From positions 806,001 through 870,000 of the forward strand of contig OU015568.1 of the NCBI GenBank assembly GCA_907165135.1: DNA of 64,000 nucleotides, written 5' to 3'. The notes beneath the pieces are model-generated. The model worked only from the letters and a program-made list of their open reading frames with translations. It was not told where the DNA came from and ran no database searches. Shown here in pieces: positions 60,094 through 64,000 of this stretch (position 1 is its first letter; each line of letters opens with the position of its first letter). The stretch comes from Oikopleura dioica (Eukaryota; Animalia; Chordata). The translations under genes were made by a program, and so were the position numbers.

Positions 60094-62382
60094 ATGAATG
60101 AAACAGGTTTTTTACCAGATGATATCTGGGAGAAAACGTTTATCTTGAGAGGATTACTTTATCTCGTCACGCCCAGGTACTGCTTTTTAATGAGAAAGGA
60201 AATTAAAAAAAGTATTATCTGAATGTCTGATTATTAGTTTTTTTGTCGAGACAAAGCCGATTCATCGAAAATTCTAATTGATTTTTTCAAGTTGAGTGAA
60301 TATCAGAAAATCATGCTAATTGTAGTGAAACGAGTCCGAAAACGCTTGATGATGTTCCTGATGTTGTGGCGATGGTCATTCCTTACTTTTTCTTCTTCAT
60401 TGTTCTTGAAGGAATTATTTGTCAATTCAGGCATTGGTTTTTTCTCGGCTAAGATGGGATAGTTGTTCCTGATTTTTCCTTTTTAGCCCTTTTTTCTGGA
60501 AAAAAACCTGGATAAAGATGGACCAAGGGTCGATTTCGATTCAACGACAGTCTGGCTTCCATGTCGCATGCAACCTGCTTGCGCGTTTTTGAGCTTATTG
60601 GAGAAGTCGCAATCGAGTACCACATGTACATCCTTGCTTACGAAAAGTTCCACTTCTTCGAATTCGACCCAGAAAGCAAGACGACTTGGATTCTGGCGCT
60701 GCTTGGCGCGGATCTTTCTTATTACTGGGCGCATCGGGCGATGCATGAAGTCAATTTGATGTGGAGTGCGCATCAAGTTCATCACAGGAAAAATGCTCAA
60801 AAAGAACTGGCCAGTACGGGGATCGAACCCGCGACATTCGCGTTATTAGCACGACGCTCTAACCAACTGAGCTAACCGGCCTCTGCCCTCGGGCGCGTGA
60901 ACTAGAGTTGTGAAAATTGAAAACTAAGCCGGCAAGAATATTCTTCTATGAAAGAAAATGAGCGTCAAGAAGTGTTTTGGCTCATTATATTCGACCGGCA
61001 AACATCTTGTTTCTCACAAATAAGTCTTGCTCAAATTTGATGAAATCATGTCATGAGAACATTGCCGTATATAATGAGCTACTTATGAGTATTTAACAAA
61101 GCGGCGAAGATTATAATCTTTCGATGGGAATGCGCCAAAGTATATTTCAACGATACACAAGCTGGCCGTTTTACATTCCGATGAGGGTTCCCAAGTCGAT
61201 AAGAACCGGCCTCTTTCAAAAATAACGCGTAATTTAATTGGTTACTTCCCCGGTTTGTAATCGCGTTATCTTTCATCATAGGATCTTCATAAAATTGTCA
61301 ATCAAGAAAGATACTTGTCGATCAAACCTTTGTGTACTTTCCCCTGTGAACCCAAATTTCGCTTGCTCTTTTCGGAATTCCGCCGCAATCGTTCATCATG
61401 CACCACGGAATGGGCCTCCTCTATCAATTCTGGATTCACACAGAACTCGTTGATGGACTTGGAGACTTTTGAACTATTTTCTCAACGTCCCAAAACACCA
61501 TCAAGTCCATCATGGGAGAAATCCATATTGCATTGACAAAAACTACGGCGCTTGCTTGATCATTTGGGACAGAATGTTTGGCACTTTTGCGGATAGAGAT
61601 GCTGACCGAGGTTTGTCTCTAGAAAGAAATTTCTTCAAACGCAAAATTTAGATTACAAGGATGAAAAAATCGCCTACGGACTCATTCCACCAGTCAATTC
61701 TTTTGAATATTTCACGGTTCAATTTCATTCACTCAAAAAGGTAAGACTTCTTTCTGAAAAAAAACTTGATTTTTCTAGCTAATCATTCGATTCTTCAAAA
61801 CCCCCGAAGTCATCAACAAGCTAAAAGTGCTCTTCTACGGGCCAGGGTGGAACCCGAAGGACAACATTCGCCTTGGGGATCCCGCCAAGCTCCCGAAGAT
61901 TCACAAAGGAGATGAGAAAAAATTTCACGACCCGGAAGTTTCTTCATTTTTGGGTCTTTACGGACTCCTTCAAATGGCACTGACGGGTAAGTTGAATGGT
62001 AAAACTATTGATAAAGAAATTTTAGCACTGGTTCTTGACCATTTTCTGAATTTGAAAACGAATGAATATTCATTTGCGTTGAATATGACGACGATAATTT
62101 GGATATTTTGGTCTATGTGCTCTGTTGGAATCATGATGGAAGGAGTCACGACTTTCATGGAAATCATGAGGGTCGCCCTTACTTCTTGGTATTTCTATGA
62201 CTCTGAGACCTTTCCAGAGCGAAAACAGTAAGTTTTTCTCTTCAAAAATATCCCCAAAGCTTTTTTTAAGACTTCCAATCGACCTTTTCATCCCGTTTCT
62301 TCTGAGCTCCGTCGCTGCTGTTTTTCTCAAACTTCAAAAATCCACTTCAAATTCCGCTGTTCAGAAAATAAAGCCCTCATAA
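60094..62382 (+). CDS. agmo: Alkylglycerol monooxygenase (TMEM195), with an apparent frameshift
   Basis: YYWAHRAMHE, WSAHQVHHSGEDYNLS..RQS, LYQFWIHTE and HHQVHHGRNPYCIDKNYG..LIIWDRMFGTF. Confidence 0.92.
60808..60881 (-). tRNA. tRNA-Ile(AAT), in an AGMO intron
   Basis: 74-nt cloverleaf, anticodon loop CTAATAA. Confidence 0.95.
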
Positions 62383-62585
62383 ATTCTTGATTGCTTTTGA
62401 CTCAATCACTTAGTTGAATTTCCACTTTTCTTGTATCCAGCTAAAAATGGTTACTTAGCAACGACTGCTGAGCCAAATTGTCCTCAAACAACAGTCAGAA
62501 ATGACTTCCAGAAGATAGAATTGTGATTTCTGAAAAATAAAATTTGAGAGATAAGAAAGAAAAAGAGGAAGAAAAAGCTGACCAA

Positions 62586-63530
62586 ATGGCTGAACAAACT
62601 TTGCCAACAGGAAAAACTTTTACTTTATCAACAACATTAGGTATTTATTTATTGAAGTATCTTAAAAATTTCACGAAGATCCTGGACTTTTTGCATCATT
62701 TTATTGCTAAAGAAAATTTATGCTTTCCAATTCACATGACAACTCCTTATAACGCCCCTTATCACCCTTAAATCTCAAAATCTAATCAACCAGGTCATCT
62801 AAAATCGACCCATTTACATCAGAAAAATATCTTTCTTGAACTTTTTCAAAGGAACGAACTATAAAATACCTCTAAAATGCAAATTACGCATTTATCCAAA
62901 ACAATAAACGATAATTGGCATATCTGGAGCTCCAATTTATTCTATCTGTATGAACTTTTCCACATCATGGATTTTTAGATCAGAACCCCTTTTATGGTCC
63001 TATTTTGCCGTCAACAAAGCCACTTCAGAAAGACTCATTGCCATTTACGAAGGATATTGTTTATGATCCCGTCATAGGTAAGTTCATTATTTATATAACA
63101 ATTCTACTCATTGTTTTCAAGGTTAAAAACCTCATCTTTAACTTCAGGTCGTCAAATCTTTGTCCAGCAAACTCCATGGGGACCGATTGCTACTGTACCC
63201 ACTGTATTGCCCGCCCAGGTCGTCAACGTTACAGGTCCCGGTTGACACAACTGTACTTATGAGCAGTTACTGTATTGAATCGAAAATTTGATAAAGCTGA
63301 GTTCTGAACTCAAGGCAAACATAAACTTGTCAACCGGGCGCAAAAGGTAAATATCAGGCATTTGCTAGTTAAACAGGAAAACAATGATAAGATGCGTACA
63401 ACGCCACTGTAAAAAAGCTGATCAATCACGTACCCACTTCCTCGGCGATTCTGCGAGATACCAAAGTTCTTGCGAGGAGACAGAAAGATGGACTCTATTA
63501 TCCTGCTACGGTGGCTGATTATCAAGAAGG
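62586..63530 (+). CDS. Tudor-like/DUF4537-type domain protein, 5' part only
   Basis: KVLARRQKDGLYYPATV motif in the exon ending near 63530; upstream GT-AG exons from the ATG at 62586. Confidence 0.55.
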
Positions 63531-63584
63531 AAAAGGGCTCAAAATGAACAAAGTGATAAGCAGAAACGCGCCCTAGGGCAGTAC

Positions 63585-63657
63585 GGCGAGTTGGTTAGGT
63601 TGATAAAGCGTTAGGATTTGTACCCAGACGCTGAGGGATCGAGTCCCGAATTACCCA
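63585..63657 (+). pseudogene. Degenerate tRNA-like sequence
   Basis: 73 nt with tRNA arm spacing, GGATCGAGTCCC T-arm and an immediately following T-run; all stems partly mismatched. Confidence 0.6.
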
Positions 63658-63965
63658 TTTTTTTGGTTTGGTTCGTTCTATTTTATGCGGGGTAGATAAG
63701 ACAATTGATAAGAAGCAATATAAAGAATGCTCCATGCATCTCGAAACAAATATATTCTAGTAAAATGATTTCTTTATCAATTGAACCAGAATGATTTGTA
63801 TCCTCCAGTGTTTTAAAATTTATTGATAAAATGAAACAGTGATTGCTTTAATCTACGAATTGCACAAATCCGAAACCGTTGGTTATGATTTTCTGAAAAC
63901 TGATAATAAATGTTAAACTGTTAAAAACTGAAATCTGAGATTTCAAATCTCACCCTCCAAAATAA

Positions 63966-64000
63966 TGGCCAGTACGGGGATCGAACCCGCGACATTCGCG
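63966..64000 (-). tRNA. tRNA-Ile 3' half (truncated by window end)
   Basis: 35 nt identical to 60808-60842. Confidence 0.9.

Overview
Eukaryotic genomic DNA. A compact gene layout, very short introns, five homology-supported GA-AG introns and a PLA2-like secreted protein point to a larvacean tunicate, most likely Oikopleura dioica (inference, not proven from the sequence). Bases 1-7.2 kb hold a Ty3/Gypsy LTR retrotransposon on the minus strand. Its gag and pol are in frame and separated by a single UGA in a CUAG readthrough context. Converging on the pol stop is an intron-containing, GC-matched gene on the opposite strand with no family I recognise. Host genes: a PAN-domain peptide, an Smr-domain protein, a PLA2-like protein, a PHACTR-like gene, an NFAT gene with an N-terminal PRIEIS motif, CUB-EGF and Ly6/uPAR-like proteins, a tandem PL14 (alginate-lyase-like) protein, an HS3ST-like sulfotransferase, a Cys-repeat secreted protein, an O-fucosyltransferase, AGMO and a Tudor/DUF4537-like gene. 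There are four complete tRNA genes, including an inverted tRNA-Glu pair inside one intron, plus a window-truncated tRNA-Ile and a degenerate tRNA. Several non-autonomous element families and microsatellites are present. Gene models were spliced by eye and family assignments come from motif recognition; no searches were run.
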